Shown here in pieces: positions 53,745-63,914 of a DNA stretch of 64,000 nt; position 1 is the stretch's first letter, and each line of letters starts with the position of its first letter. This stretch comes from Candidatus Bathyarchaeota archaeon (GTDB taxonomy: Archaea; Thermoproteota; Bathyarchaeia; Bathyarchaeales; Bathycorpusculaceae): contig CAWGZR010000010.1 in the NCBI GenBank assembly GCA_963827165.1, positions 1-64,000 on the forward strand. Reading direction: 5' to 3'. The notes under the pieces were generated by a model. That model made no database searches. It was not told where the DNA came from and worked only from the letters and a program-made list of their open reading frames with translations. A program made the position numbers and the translations under genes.

Positions 53745-54662
53745 TTGATAGACACTGACAACCTTACCAAAAGATTCGGAGACATAACAGCAGTAGACAA
53801 CCTCACCCTTCACGTTAACGATGGCGAGGTTTTCGGCTTTCTCGGCCCGAATGGCGCGGGGAAAACAACGACCGTCAGAATGCTTTGCTGCCTAATATCT
53901 AAGACGCAAGGAAGCGCCAAAGTAGGCGGGTACGAAATAGATAACAAAGTAGACTCCTTGAAAATCCGAAAAATGATCGGGTTAGTTCCCGATAACGTCG
54001 GGTTATCTGAGAATCTGACGGCTTACGATAACTTGGACTTTTATGGAAAAATATACGATTGCACGGAAGCCCAAAGAAAAGAGAGCATCCATCGTTTCCT
54101 TGAGATGTTGGGACTTTGGGAAAAAAGGGACGTTTTGACAGGAACTTTTTCCAAAGGCATGAAACAAAAACTCGCCATTGCCCGTGCACTGATTCATGAC
54201 CCACAAGTACTATTCATGGACGAGCCCACAGCAAATTTAGATCCTGAGGCTGCGAAAACAGTCAGAGAATTCATTCTTCAACTGAAAAAAGAGAAGAAGA
54301 CTATCTTTCTTAACACCCACAACCTTGACGAGGCACAGAGAATCTGCGACAGGGTTGCAATAATGAATACAAGTCTTAGGGCAATCGGTACCCCGCAGGA
54401 CCTTGAACGATCCGTTAGCGGCAGGAAGACAGTTATCGGATTAGAGCAGCAAGCAAACGATGCAGTTTCGGTGGCACTGAAAAAGCTGTCGCTCAAGAAC
54501 CTGTCCATCGATGGCAACACGATAACATTTGATGTGGAAGACCCAGACAAAGAGAATTCACCAGTTGTAGGGGCTATAGTGCTGGCGGGCGGTCATGTCC
54601 GATCAATCAATGTGGTGGGCTCAACTTTGGAAGATACCTATCTAAAACTTGTGAGGAAATAA
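53745..54662 (+). CDS. ABC-2 transporter ATP-binding protein
   Basis: GPNGAGKTT, FSKGMKQK, DEPT, H-loop. Confidence 0.95.
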   Translation: MIDTDNLTKRFGDITAVDNLTLHVNDGEVFGFLGPNGAGKTTTVRMLCCLISKTQGSAKVGGYEIDNKVDSLKIRKMIGLVPDNVGLSENLTAYDNLDFYGKIYDCTEAQRKESIHRFLEMLGLWEKRDVLTGTFSKGMKQKLAIARALIHDPQVLFMDEPTANLDPEAAKTVREFILQLKKEKKTIFLNTHNLDEAQRICDRVAIMNTSLRAIGTPQDLERSVSGRKTVIGLEQQANDAVSVALKKLSLKNLSIDGNTITFDVEDPDKENSPVVGAIVLAGGHVRSINVVGSTLEDTYLKLVRK

Positions 54663-54663
54663 T

Positions 54664-55407
54664 ATGAGACTCTCGAAGGCGTGGATTGTAGCAGCCAGGG
54701 ACTTCAAAATATTTAGGCGAGTAAAAAACGTCTGGACCTCAATTATTATTTTCCCAGTTGTTATCTCAGTCCTGTTTCCGGTGATACTTGAGTATTTAAA
54801 ATTAAGGGGGAGCCACGGACTCGCAGCACCGGGTGTGCTTCCAAATCTGCTTAACTCCTTTTCCTTCTTTTTAGTTATAGGAGCAGCATACGTTCCCTTG
54901 GGGATTGCCTCATACAGTATAGTGGGAGAGAAAGTCGAGAAAAGCCTGGAGCCACTTCTAGCAACCCCCCTTACTGACGGAGAAATACTGCTTGGAAAAG
55001 CCATTTCCGCAATTATTCCAACTTTAGTAGCAATGTATGCGGCTGCAGCAGTCTTCATGGTAGGAATTGATGAGGTTACTTTCCATACGCTTGGCTACTA
55101 TTATTTTCCAAACGGGAACATCGCCACTTTGCTGTTAGTTCTGATGCCAGTCGCCATCGTTATGAGTGTTCTATTTAGTGTGATTGTTTCCTCTAGAGCT
55201 AATGATGTGCGCAGCGCTAGCAGTTTTGGAATTTTTATACTCTTTCCCCTTTTAGGCATATACCTTCTCAGCGAGACGAGCATAATAACCCTTGACGTAA
55301 ACAGTCTGCTCATAATCTCAGGGGTTATCTTAGGGGTTGATGCGGCGCTGTTCTTTATCGGCACCAAGACTTTCCGAAGGGAGGAAATACTGACAAAATG
55401 GAAGTAA
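54664..55407 (+). CDS. ABC-2 permease
   Basis: GEKVEKSLEPLLATP..LLGK, 6 TM. Confidence 0.9.
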   Translation: MRLSKAWIVAARDFKIFRRVKNVWTSIIIFPVVISVLFPVILEYLKLRGSHGLAAPGVLPNLLNSFSFFLVIGAAYVPLGIASYSIVGEKVEKSLEPLLATPLTDGEILLGKAISAIIPTLVAMYAAAAVFMVGIDEVTFHTLGYYYFPNGNIATLLLVLMPVAIVMSVLFSVIVSSRANDVRSASSFGIFILFPLLGIYLLSETSIITLDVNSLLIISGVILGVDAALFFIGTKTFRREEILTKWK

Positions 55408-55485
55408 AGACTCTCTATCTATGCCGAGGTGTGAAAAGCGGAATTAATCAGAGGTCCTCGTAAATGGAAGAAGTGAATTGTAAAA

Positions 55486-55611
55486 ATGGAGGTGAGGGTA
55501 ACGTCGGAAGTAACTGTTGTGATAATTATCGTTGTAACCGTTGTTATTATGGTGATAGGTTATTTTGTTATAGGACCACCTGGTAACCGCAGATGGAATA
55601 GAAAGAAATGA
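55486..55611 (+). CDS. 41-aa single-TM small protein
   Basis: MEVRVTSEVTVVIIIVVTVVIMVIGYFVIGPPGNRRWNRKK, positive-inside tail. Confidence 0.5.
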   Translation: MEVRVTSEVTVVIIIVVTVVIMVIGYFVIGPPGNRRWNRKK

Positions 55612-55829
55612 GAAAAAAATACAGGACCTCCTTGTCTAACAAAGCCCCGCTGTAGACACAAAGTTGCTCAAAAAGCGTGAAAGGGCACCGCAGGCGCAAG
55701 GGTTGAAATTTAGCCATCTGATAAATAATTTTTTCCGCTGTATAGTAGCGGACGGAATTACGGAGTAAAATGGAAATAAAGGCAATTATTTGCCGAGAAG
55801 TAAAAAACAAAATTAATGAGAGGTGAGAA

Positions 55830-56084
55830 GTAACGACAAAAGCCAAGTTTGAAATAGGAGAGACTGAAAAACACACTATCATTGTTAATGCGAGCACGCT
55901 TCTAAAATACATCAAGATAGAAGTGGATGGCGAGAAAGTTGTTAATGAAGCAAACTTTCAGCCATTGGCAAAGAAGTTCCAGTTGGATGTAGGAAATTCT
56001 GAAAAGCATCATTTGGAAATCAGCGCTGGACCGTTCTCGCCTATCACATTATTCGTGGACGGAAAAGAAACTCAAAAAACCTGA
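55830..56084 (+). CDS. ~84-aa beta-rich protein with internal duplication, no canonical start
   Basis: GAGGTGA SD then VTTKAKFEIGETEKHTII..VDGEK / KFQLDVGNSEKHHLEI..VDGKE. Confidence 0.55.
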   Translation, partial: VTTKAKFEIGETEKHTIIVNASTLLKYIKIEVDGEKVVNEANFQPLAKKFQLDVGNSEKHHLEISAGPFSPITLFVDGKETQKT

Positions 56085-56606
56085 AAGTAAATGCTAGCCT
56101 AAAAGGTTGAAATTTAATTAAATTAACAAGGTGGAAATAACCAAAATGGAAGAGAGAAAGGTTGAGGTGGAAAAGTTATGCTACCGGAGTAGTATTGCTT
56201 ATTGCTGGAGTTATTATTAAGCCGTAAACAGAAAAAACCAGCGAACTTACCGAACGGCGCACCCTGAGCACGACCTCAACCGCAGGTGTCAGCGCCCATA
56301 TTGCGTCTATTTTTTTCTTATTCTTAAGTCATTAGCAGAATCGAGATTTAGTGCAAAAGGCGGTCGTACAAAAGCCCTTCCCGTCGGACCAGTACAAGAC
56401 AATTCAGCATCTGAGTAAAAACCACTGGGACGAGAAAGATATCGACTTATAGCCAGTTAAGCCTCGCCCGGGCGCTCCACAAACCGCTTTCAAGCAATAG
56501 TAATGCAAAAAATCAACCGCTGGCTAGAAAAGGGCTAGGGCTTGTTTAATATAGGCAGGATAGCGTCTCAAACTATTCCCAGCAGGAATGTGGAACTCTT
56601 TTGCAA

Positions 56607-57671
56607 TTAATGTTTGGCATAGTAGTCGGCCACTGCTCTGAATGATTCTTTGGGTTCCCAAGACATGTCTGGGTAAGTGACGCCGCGTCGTTTGCCTTCA
56701 TAGTACTTGACTAGGCTGCTGCTTGCCATGTCCAAGTCGTATTTTGGGTCGTCGCTGTATGGATCGATTTGCGAGACAAATTGGGAAATAAAGGCGCCGT
56801 CTACGCCTGCACTATCTAAAACAGCAAGATTATCGACTATTTGGTTGGCTTGCCACTGTTCATCCCTCACATGGACACCTACAAGATGTGACTTCACAAA
56901 GCGGCCTACCAAGGGCACTTGATGCAGAAACTGCGATTTGAAATCAACCATCCTCTTGACACCCAATCCAGCTGGATCAAGCAACCCTTCCGATCCTACT
57001 CCAGCATGGGTGGTTGAGCATCCGAACTCAGTTATGACGAGCGGTTTGCCATAGGCGAAGGCAGGCTTTAACATGTCAATGTACTGATTTCTCATTCGTT
57101 CGACGCGGTAATGGTCGACGCCAACGTAGTCGAAGAGGCCCCAATCCACTGCCTCCCAGACAAGCGAGCAATAAGTGACTTTACCGCGGAAAACGCTTCT
57201 AACAGCATCATTAGCCTTCGTTAGAAAAGCGTTGAGCAGCTTGTTGTGCGCCCCAGTCTTAACAATGGACCCGAAATCTGGGTTTTTGATGCGTGAAACG
57301 AGGTATTTGCCTTTGATGATGCCTTGCATGAAAAGGGTTAACTCTGAGCCGACGCTGAAAACCAGCTTGTCCCCATAATTCTGCCGCAGAGACTCAGCCG
57401 CCCCCGCCGCTTTTGTGACATATGAAAGTGTCCGCTCCGGGCTCTTGTCCCACATCAAAGGCGACAGCCAAACCTCCAGCCCCTGCTTCAAAGCGTCTTC
57501 AGCTGTAGTCGTGAGCCTGTCGATGCTTAACCCGCTGATTCTTATTGCGTTGCAATGCAGGTCGTTTTTGATGATTTCGATTTCTCGATGCACAATTTCC
57601 GAGTCAAAGTGTGGGCGCCAATTGAAAGCCATCACAGCGCCAACATCATAGCAGACTCCCTTAATTTTCAT
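56607..57671 (-). CDS. glycoside-hydrolase-like TIM barrel protein
   Basis: KGVCYDVG, DLHCNAIRI, VGSE (acid/base), ITEFG (nucleophile). Confidence 0.75.
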   Translation of the reverse strand: MKIKGVCYDVGAVMAFNWRPHFDSEIVHREIEIIKNDLHCNAIRISGLSIDRLTTTAEDALKQGLEVWLSPLMWDKSPERTLSYVTKAAGAAESLRQNYGDKLVFSVGSELTLFMQGIIKGKYLVSRIKNPDFGSIVKTGAHNKLLNAFLTKANDAVRSVFRGKVTYCSLVWEAVDWGLFDYVGVDHYRVERMRNQYIDMLKPAFAYGKPLVITEFGCSTTHAGVGSEGLLDPAGLGVKRMVDFKSQFLHQVPLVGRFVKSHLVGVHVRDEQWQANQIVDNLAVLDSAGVDGAFISQFVSQIDPYSDDPKYDLDMASSSLVKYYEGKRRGVTYPDMSWEPKESFRAVADYYAKH

Positions 57672-57673
57672 TC

Positions 57674-58690
57674 TCAGGTCCCCTCGGTTTTAATCTCATT
57701 GTTATGTCCCATCAAACCCTTACTGTATTTTTGCCATAGACGTCGGAAAAAAAGAATCAAAGCAACGTCTAATATTAGTACAAGAGGCAATTCGATTTGA
57801 CCTACTATTCCACCTATTAAAAATGGAAGAATAATGCCGAATGACAAAGCAATCAATTGCTTCTCGTTGTTTCCCTTACCTATTGCCTTCAATATGTAAA
57901 CCAGAAATGAAAATTGAATTACGATCATAAGAAACAGGTCAACACTTTGAGGGATACTGTTGCCGAACACCAGTATAAGCGCTAGCGAGACAAATGCCAA
58001 CGCACCAAACGCGCCTACGGCAAGGGGTTTTGTAGTAGGATTCTCGTTTTTCGGGCGCATGAAATCAGTTGGCGCTTTGTAAGCGAGTACAACTAACGCG
58101 GCAATAATGACTATGCTTGCAATAAGGGCGGTCCAGCCCATCCAGAAATGCTCAACATGCGCGGTAATCAGTAAATTCAAATATACATCGATTCCTAGGA
58201 TTGCAAACGTTCCAGCTATAGCTCGTCTGGAGTTAAGCAGACTTTTCCCTTTGGTATTTGGGAGTGCCAGCCCAAGCAAAAGCAGTGGTAGAGCGATGCT
58301 GAAAACCGCATGGTATGGAACAACAAATGCGACATATACCCAGTTTACTCCATGCCAATACCCAGGGGCTGGTATAGGGCCTTTAGGGTTAAATAAAGTG
58401 CCAAGAGCAATTCCTTCCTCTAAAACTCCGTAGGCGGCACCAAGGAGAAGTACAGATGCCCAACCTTTTTTCCAGCGAATGGCAGCTTCCCGAATGAGAA
58501 GGGCGCCTGGGAGATACAGGGCTGAGTTGATTAAAAGTCCGAGGATAAATACTGGCGGAGAAAAGACCAAGTTGGCGATTGGACTTGAACCCGCAACGTA
58601 CTCTATAATACCAGGCGTTAGGAAGAAAAGACAGAGAATAGGATGAGAACGCAGAAAACCCAAGATGCGGCTAAAAAAAGAGGTGGGCAA
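57674..58690 (-). CDS. polytopic membrane protein
   Basis: About 10 TM helices, AYGVLEEG motif. Confidence 0.8.
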   Translation of the reverse strand: MPTSFFSRILGFLRSHPILCLFFLTPGIIEYVAGSSPIANLVFSPPVFILGLLINSALYLPGALLIREAAIRWKKGWASVLLLGAAYGVLEEGIALGTLFNPKGPIPAPGYWHGVNWVYVAFVVPYHAVFSIALPLLLLGLALPNTKGKSLLNSRRAIAGTFAILGIDVYLNLLITAHVEHFWMGWTALIASIVIIAALVVLAYKAPTDFMRPKNENPTTKPLAVGAFGALAFVSLALILVFGNSIPQSVDLFLMIVIQFSFLVYILKAIGKGNNEKQLIALSFGIILPFLIGGIVGQIELPLVLILDVALILFFRRLWQKYSKGLMGHNNEIKTEGT

Positions 58691-58735
58691 CGTCGCTGAC
58701 TCCTTTTCGATCCATTTTCTTCTTTTCTCCTGACC

Positions 58736-59335
58736 TTAAGGCTTGAAAATTCGCAGAATTATTTTTGCTTCGGGAAAATGGAACTTAGCATCCTTCGGAT
58801 CAAGCATTTCGGCTCTTTTAATCAAACCCCTAACGAAGGCGACCAACGCAACCAGAAGCTCGTCAGGGTCGTCTTTTACGACTTCCCCCGTCGCCTGCCC
58901 CTCGACGATAAGCTGCCGAATGGCACCCTGGAGTTCTTTGCCGTTCCTTTGGACGATTGCCCTTAAGTCAGCTGGAGTGTTTTCGTCTTCGAGGGCGTTA
59001 TACATTATTTGGGATATTCCAGGGTTTTGACGGCTGACTTCAAGCATGTTCGTGATTAACATCGTGAGGCGCTGACCCGGGGTTCCTTGGACTTGGTTGA
59101 CACGTTGGGCTGCTCCACCGCCTGCTTCCGCGACCTGCTTTATGAGGGTGGCGAAGATTTCTTCTTTGCTTTTGAAGTAGTGGTAGGCCAGGCCTTGGCT
59201 GATTTGGGCTTTCTCGGCTATATCAGTCATGGTTGCGGCGCGCCCTTTCACTGCAAAAACGGCGCTGGCAGATTCCAAAATATTCTTTATCGTTTCAGTT
59301 CGCATCTGCTCGTTTTTTTGCTCGTTTCTTGTCAC
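58736..59335 (-). CDS. TetR/AcrR regulator
   Basis: ATMTDIAEKAQISQGLAYHYFKSKEEI. Confidence 0.92.
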   Translation of the reverse strand: MTRNEQKNEQMRTETIKNILESASAVFAVKGRAATMTDIAEKAQISQGLAYHYFKSKEEIFATLIKQVAEAGGGAAQRVNQVQGTPGQRLTMLITNMLEVSRQNPGISQIMYNALEDENTPADLRAIVQRNGKELQGAIRQLIVEGQATGEVVKDDPDELLVALVAFVRGLIKRAEMLDPKDAKFHFPEAKIILRIFKP

Positions 59336-59371
59336 TAATTATCCCTCACTCAGTTCACCATTCAACTGACC

Positions 59372-59400
59372 ATAATTGAATGAATTGTTCAATCAATTAT
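59372..59400. promoter_or_regulatory. probable TetR operator
   Basis: ATAATTGAATGAA-TTG-TTCAATCAATTAT, 13-bp arms with 1 mismatch, between a TTAAATA TATA-like box and the tetR start. Confidence 0.7.
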
Positions 59401-59638
59401 TTAAGAGCTCCGGGTTATAACATAAATCCACTGCAAAAGCGATGTCTCGACCAGCTTAACGCAACTTTGGTTATCTTTTGGGCTATGGCGCTAACTAGTT
59501 AAGCTTAACGTTCAGCATGCGAGTAAAGAGTAAGTTTTCCCACAGACTGAAACCTTGACTAACTTTTAGTCGCTTAGTTCAGAAGTCTTGACAAAAAATC
59601 TTTTATCTAACTCACACCCAAACGAAGACTCGATAACA

Positions 59639-61042
59639 ATGAAAAAGCCTCTAGCAATAATACTCCTTACAGTCTTAATCCTGTCCTCCTGTGCAATCTT
59701 GAAGCTAACGTCGGCTGATCCTCTTCCCGGCCCGCCAATATCAAACGCATACATCCACAGTGATGGAAGCGTTGACCCCTCAAACCTGCCCATACAAAAA
59801 AGCGGCAACACCTACACCTTTACCAACAGCATCGCCAACTACACCCTTGAAATTCAATGCAGTAATATCACAATTGACGGGGCAGGCTTCACACTTCTCG
59901 GAAACGGTATCTACTGGTACCAAGCCATAACCGTGACCGATCAAAACAACATAACAGTCAAAAACCTAAGCATCTCCCAATTCGGGTGGGGCATATACCT
60001 CTCAAACAGCGATGGCGATACCATCAGCGGCAACACCATAACCTGTTCAAACTGCATATACATAGACCCCTCCAGTGAAGACCAGATTATTGGAAACAAC
60101 CTCTCCACAGGATACGGTGTGCAAGGGCTAGGCTCATGGAACCAAATTATCAACAATGCATTCAATAGCGAGCTAAGCGGACCAGGGCAAGGTGCGGGAA
60201 TAGAAATGGGCTGCAACAACACCCTCATCTCAAACAACGTCTTCAATGATGAAGACAGCATCCAACTTGGATCAAGTTACTCAGTAGAAAATAACGTTAT
60301 CTCAAACAATACCCTAACAAACGGTGTGTTTGGCATAAACCTAGATGCGTGCAACTGCACAATCTGTCAAAACATAATTGAAAATAAAGTATTCAATGAA
60401 CAATCGGGTGAAGATGGTGGTGGGGGCAGCATAAACTTGGGCAGTGGCAGCTTTTACAATTCAATATACGATAACCTCTTTGAAAATGATTCCTACGGCA
60501 TCTCTCTGGGGTACCAAATAGTCAATAATTTTTGGAACAACGTCTCCAGCAATTACATTTACGCGAACAATTTTATTAATAACACAAGAAACGCCGATGT
60601 CGTTCAAGGAACTCCGGTGAACTTCTGGGATAACGGTAGCCAAGGTAATTACTGGAGTGACTACAAAGGCACGGATGCCAATCATGACGGAGTCGGCGAC
60701 ATACCCTATGTGCTAAACGGTAACAACACTGATTATTACCCATCTATGGACCCAATCAACATCTATGCATCTCAGTCTCCTCCAGTGCCTACTCCTCCAC
60801 CAACTTCTGAACCCACAGCCACACCAGCACAAACCGCAACAAAAACTACCCAACCCACTGCAACCTCCGCCTCAACCCGAACCATAGCGCCCACACAAAT
60901 ATCCCAAACACCCACAAACTTGCCTGCACAACAAACCTCATCAGATTACACACTAATCACAGTAGTATCGACAGTAGCAATCGTCGGAGTCTGCACAGGT
61001 CTATTCCTCTTCTACAGAAGATCCAATTTGGCACGGTATTGA
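59639..61042 (+). CDS. NosD/pectin-lyase-like beta-helix surface protein
   Basis: Signal peptide, N-x-I repeats, GNYWSDY..DGVGDIPY..DYYP, Pro/Thr linker, C-terminal TM. Confidence 0.9.
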   Translation: MKKPLAIILLTVLILSSCAILKLTSADPLPGPPISNAYIHSDGSVDPSNLPIQKSGNTYTFTNSIANYTLEIQCSNITIDGAGFTLLGNGIYWYQAITVTDQNNITVKNLSISQFGWGIYLSNSDGDTISGNTITCSNCIYIDPSSEDQIIGNNLSTGYGVQGLGSWNQIINNAFNSELSGPGQGAGIEMGCNNTLISNNVFNDEDSIQLGSSYSVENNVISNNTLTNGVFGINLDACNCTICQNIIENKVFNEQSGEDGGGGSINLGSGSFYNSIYDNLFENDSYGISLGYQIVNNFWNNVSSNYIYANNFINNTRNADVVQGTPVNFWDNGSQGNYWSDYKGTDANHDGVGDIPYVLNGNNTDYYPSMDPINIYASQSPPVPTPPPTSEPTATPAQTATKTTQPTATSASTRTIAPTQISQTPTNLPAQQTSSDYTLITVVSTVAIVGVCTGLFLFYRRSNLARY

Positions 61043-61055
61043 AGGAATACAACGA

Positions 61056-61933
61056 ATGAAGGCAGGTGCTTGCAAATGCTTGCTTTGCTTGGTGGCAATA
61101 TGCATGGCTTTTGCCGCTTGCTCAACATGTTTGCCCTCAACTGCGGCGCAGACTTCTTTTGCATTAAGTTCTCCGTCATGTCTGCAATCGATCGCTATGC
61201 CCATTGAATATGTCAATTACACAATCTCCATAATTAATGGAACCTTATGGGCAACAGTTGACGGAGACTTTCCCATACAAATCCCCTCAAGTCAAGTTGG
61301 ACAAGCCCTCCCAATGCTCTACCCTACGCCTCCTGGAACAACCAACATCTCCATTAAATTAGACGGGCAAAAAATAGACTACAGCAACTACACGCAATCC
61401 TACCCTAACATGCTCCATTACACCTACCTAGGCAACTGGCCAATGATAATCTGCATTCTTCAGCCAACCTCAAACAGTTTTACCATGACCATCCACTACC
61501 AACACCCAATAATGCAGGCTAACGGAACCTACCAGTTCCTTTACGACCTAAACATAAGCCCCTACCTATCAAGCGATTCCAACCAATCAACGGCACACTT
61601 CACAGTTTTTTTCCAAATCAACGCCTCAGATATACATGCTTACACAGTGCCAGGCGACAGCTCAGTTGCCGAGACGGCAAACGAACACCCATCAACTTTG
61701 ACACTAGCAATGTCAACGGCGTGCAAGGGATTACATTTAGCATCACTTCGACCTATTCCAATCCTGTTCCAGGGGACGAACTAATAACCTTCCAAGAAAC
61801 ACAACTACAAATCCCAGAGTTCACCCCAACGGCAACCGCATACCCGATCATCGTTGGAGCAGCAACCGCCACATTCGTAGTCACCTTTCACAAAAAAAGG
61901 AGAGAAGAGAGCAAGGAAAATTCGCTTTCATAG
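61056..61933 (+). CDS. surface protein with PEF-CTERM-like sorting signal (frameshift ~61680)
   Basis: Signal peptide; second frame ends IPEFT + hydrophobic stretch + KKRR. Confidence 0.7.
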
Positions 61934-62046
61934 TAGCTATCCCTATCAGATTTGAGCTCCTGATCTTTTAAGGATTGAAAAATTAGAGATAAAAAGTTCA
62001 AAAGGCGGCTGTAACGCGTCAGTTTCCGGCAGAACTTTGCGTAAAA

Positions 62047-62385
62047 ATGTTAGATAGAATTAAAGGCCGAAATGGAAAACAAGTCGTTAACATTCAGCAG
62101 AATAATGTTTTTCAGTATCAGGTTTCTAAGCCTCGCAGAGAACCGTACGATTTGAGTTGTGTAAAGAAGGAGTATCGGAAAACAATCAGCAGTGTTCTTT
62201 TTGAGGCCTACGTTCTCAACAAAGCCAGAGACTTAACCCGAGAATTTAGCTATATGGACTTCTTGCAGATTAAAAATAACGCTTTCCGTCGAATTATACT
62301 GCGGCTGAGGCGGAAAGGCAAAATTGTTGCTAATCCAGAGCGTACTTTGCCGAGGTTTTATTTTTTGGCTGAGCGATTAAGCTAA
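62047..62385 (+). CDS. basic wHTH-like hypothetical protein
   Basis: FRRIILRLRRKGKI..PRFYFL. Confidence 0.5.
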   Translation: MLDRIKGRNGKQVVNIQQNNVFQYQVSKPRREPYDLSCVKKEYRKTISSVLFEAYVLNKARDLTREFSYMDFLQIKNNAFRRIILRLRRKGKIVANPERTLPRFYFLAERLS

Positions 62386-62686
62386 GATTCGCCAGATGGG
62401 AGAACAATATAGTAAAACATTTGTTTACAAAGCGAGAGCGTGTGGGTTTTATGGCGAAGGAAAAATCTGCATTTGCTAGGGTAAAATCTTCACCCTAAGA
62501 ATCCTAAAGACTATTTTTGCAAGACGAGGCTTCGCGTAGCCTTCTACAAACGAAAGAAGAGCCAGCGAAATCAGGAGGCCAATGCGCTTCTGCAGCAAAT
62601 GCATGAAATGCTCATTATTTTTTGTATTGTACGTGTGTGTGCGTTACCACAAACTTTTTAATATATAGTCGCTGATACGTTGTATC

Positions 62687-62768
62687 TGCGAGTAAGTCCT
62701 ATCCGAGGCAATGATGCCCGCAGTTGTGGGATGGGAGTACTAGGATAGGGGTCGCACCTTTTTATTTT
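62687..62768 (+). ncRNA. candidate structured small RNA convergent with DUF3800
   Basis: TGCGA/TCGCA and CCTATCC/GGATAGG stems, inner hairpins, TATA-like box about 25 bp upstream, T-tract end. Confidence 0.55.
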
Positions 62769-63415
62769 CTCCACAGATACTTGAATGAGCTGACTTTTTC
62801 CTCAATTATTCTCACATACTCATCGTTCTGATGTTCGTACTTTTGGAAGTAGGCCCCTGCAACTGCATCTGCTGCTTGAAGAATAGGTTCACGTTCGGAG
62901 GCAACGTGTTCTGAGGAAATGCTGTCAGGAGAAAACGCTGTCCCTTTTTCAAATAACAAGTAACTTGCTTTGTTTTCTACGTAAGCATTAAATTCTTTTA
63001 TCCTCCAAGTTGGAAGACTCTTATCGAATACCATATGTATTTTGTTGCCGGCCACAATGCTGGGCAGCAAAGACAGCATAATATTGTGAACAACGCACCA
63101 GTTATAAAGAACAGTCGGATCATCTCTTAAATCTGCTTTCACATAAGCTTTGTTCATGACGACCACTCCTAAAGTAACGTCGCAGCTGGCAACCTTTTCA
63201 AGCACATACTTTCGGCAGTCGTCATCCATGCGCGAGAATTTAAGTTCATTTCGAGCAAGCGAGTACCCCTTCTTTTGATGTAGATGTTTTAAAATTCGTC
63301 TAATTTCTGTTCGCATTCCCTGAGGTGATTCGCATTCTAAATAAGATACTACAAAGAACTTTGTCGACTTGCCAGTAAAGCCAAGGTCGCCGGATTCATC
63401 AACGAATACGTGCAA
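62762..63415 (-). CDS. DUF3800 (RNase H-like) protein
   Basis: VFVDESGDLG, ELKF, VFD, LQAADAVAG. Confidence 0.85.
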   Translation of the reverse strand: MHVFVDESGDLGFTGKSTKFFVVSYLECESPQGMRTEIRRILKHLHQKKGYSLARNELKFSRMDDDCRKYVLEKVASCDVTLGVVVMNKAYVKADLRDDPTVLYNWCVVHNIMLSLLPSIVAGNKIHMVFDKSLPTWRIKEFNAYVENKASYLLFEKGTAFSPDSISSEHVASEREPILQAADAVAGAYFQKYEHQNDEYVRIIEEKVSSFKYLWRK

Positions 63416-63640
63416 ATGGTTTCTTCGCCTTCCAGAGCTAGGGGTTCGGTTGGTAATCTGTTTTTCGCTTAAAGTTTAACACCCAATGTAAAAAAATGAA
63501 GGCTTTTGGCGATAACCAAAGCAAAAGAAGCACTGTTTAAACCTAAATATTTGACGCAGGCAATTAAGAAAGAAATGGATGAAAAGGACAAAACCGAAGG
63601 ATAAGATCAAACATCCAAAGCATATGAATAGATAAACTCA

Positions 63641-63914
63641 GAAACGTCTACGCCTCATCTGGGCTAGCCATAAAAAAAGAAAACGCAAATCAGCAAATTA
63701 GACACACTAAAAGAAATGATACGTGCATTAGGACTAAACCCAGAACAACTCTTAACAAAAGATGCCCTATCACAAGGAGCCATACCCTGCAATGATAATG
63801 GAGAACTCCAAAATCACCAACTCCAGATGCTTAGCCAGCAGCTACGGCAATTAATACACCGAGAGGCGTCGTTATAAGTTTTTAATCCGTATCATGAAAA
63901 CCGTCGGACTCGCC
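63641..63914 (+). pseudogene. diverged copy of the integrase 3' end plus att-like tail
   Basis: Aligns by eye to 47547-47820 (LKEMIRALGLNPEQLLTKDALSQGA..QLQMLSQQLRQLIH), ends CCGTCGGACTCGCCA. Confidence 0.85.

Noticed and set aside
60770-60940. C/A-rich repetitive tract
   Set aside because: Explained by the Pro/Thr linker of the surface protein
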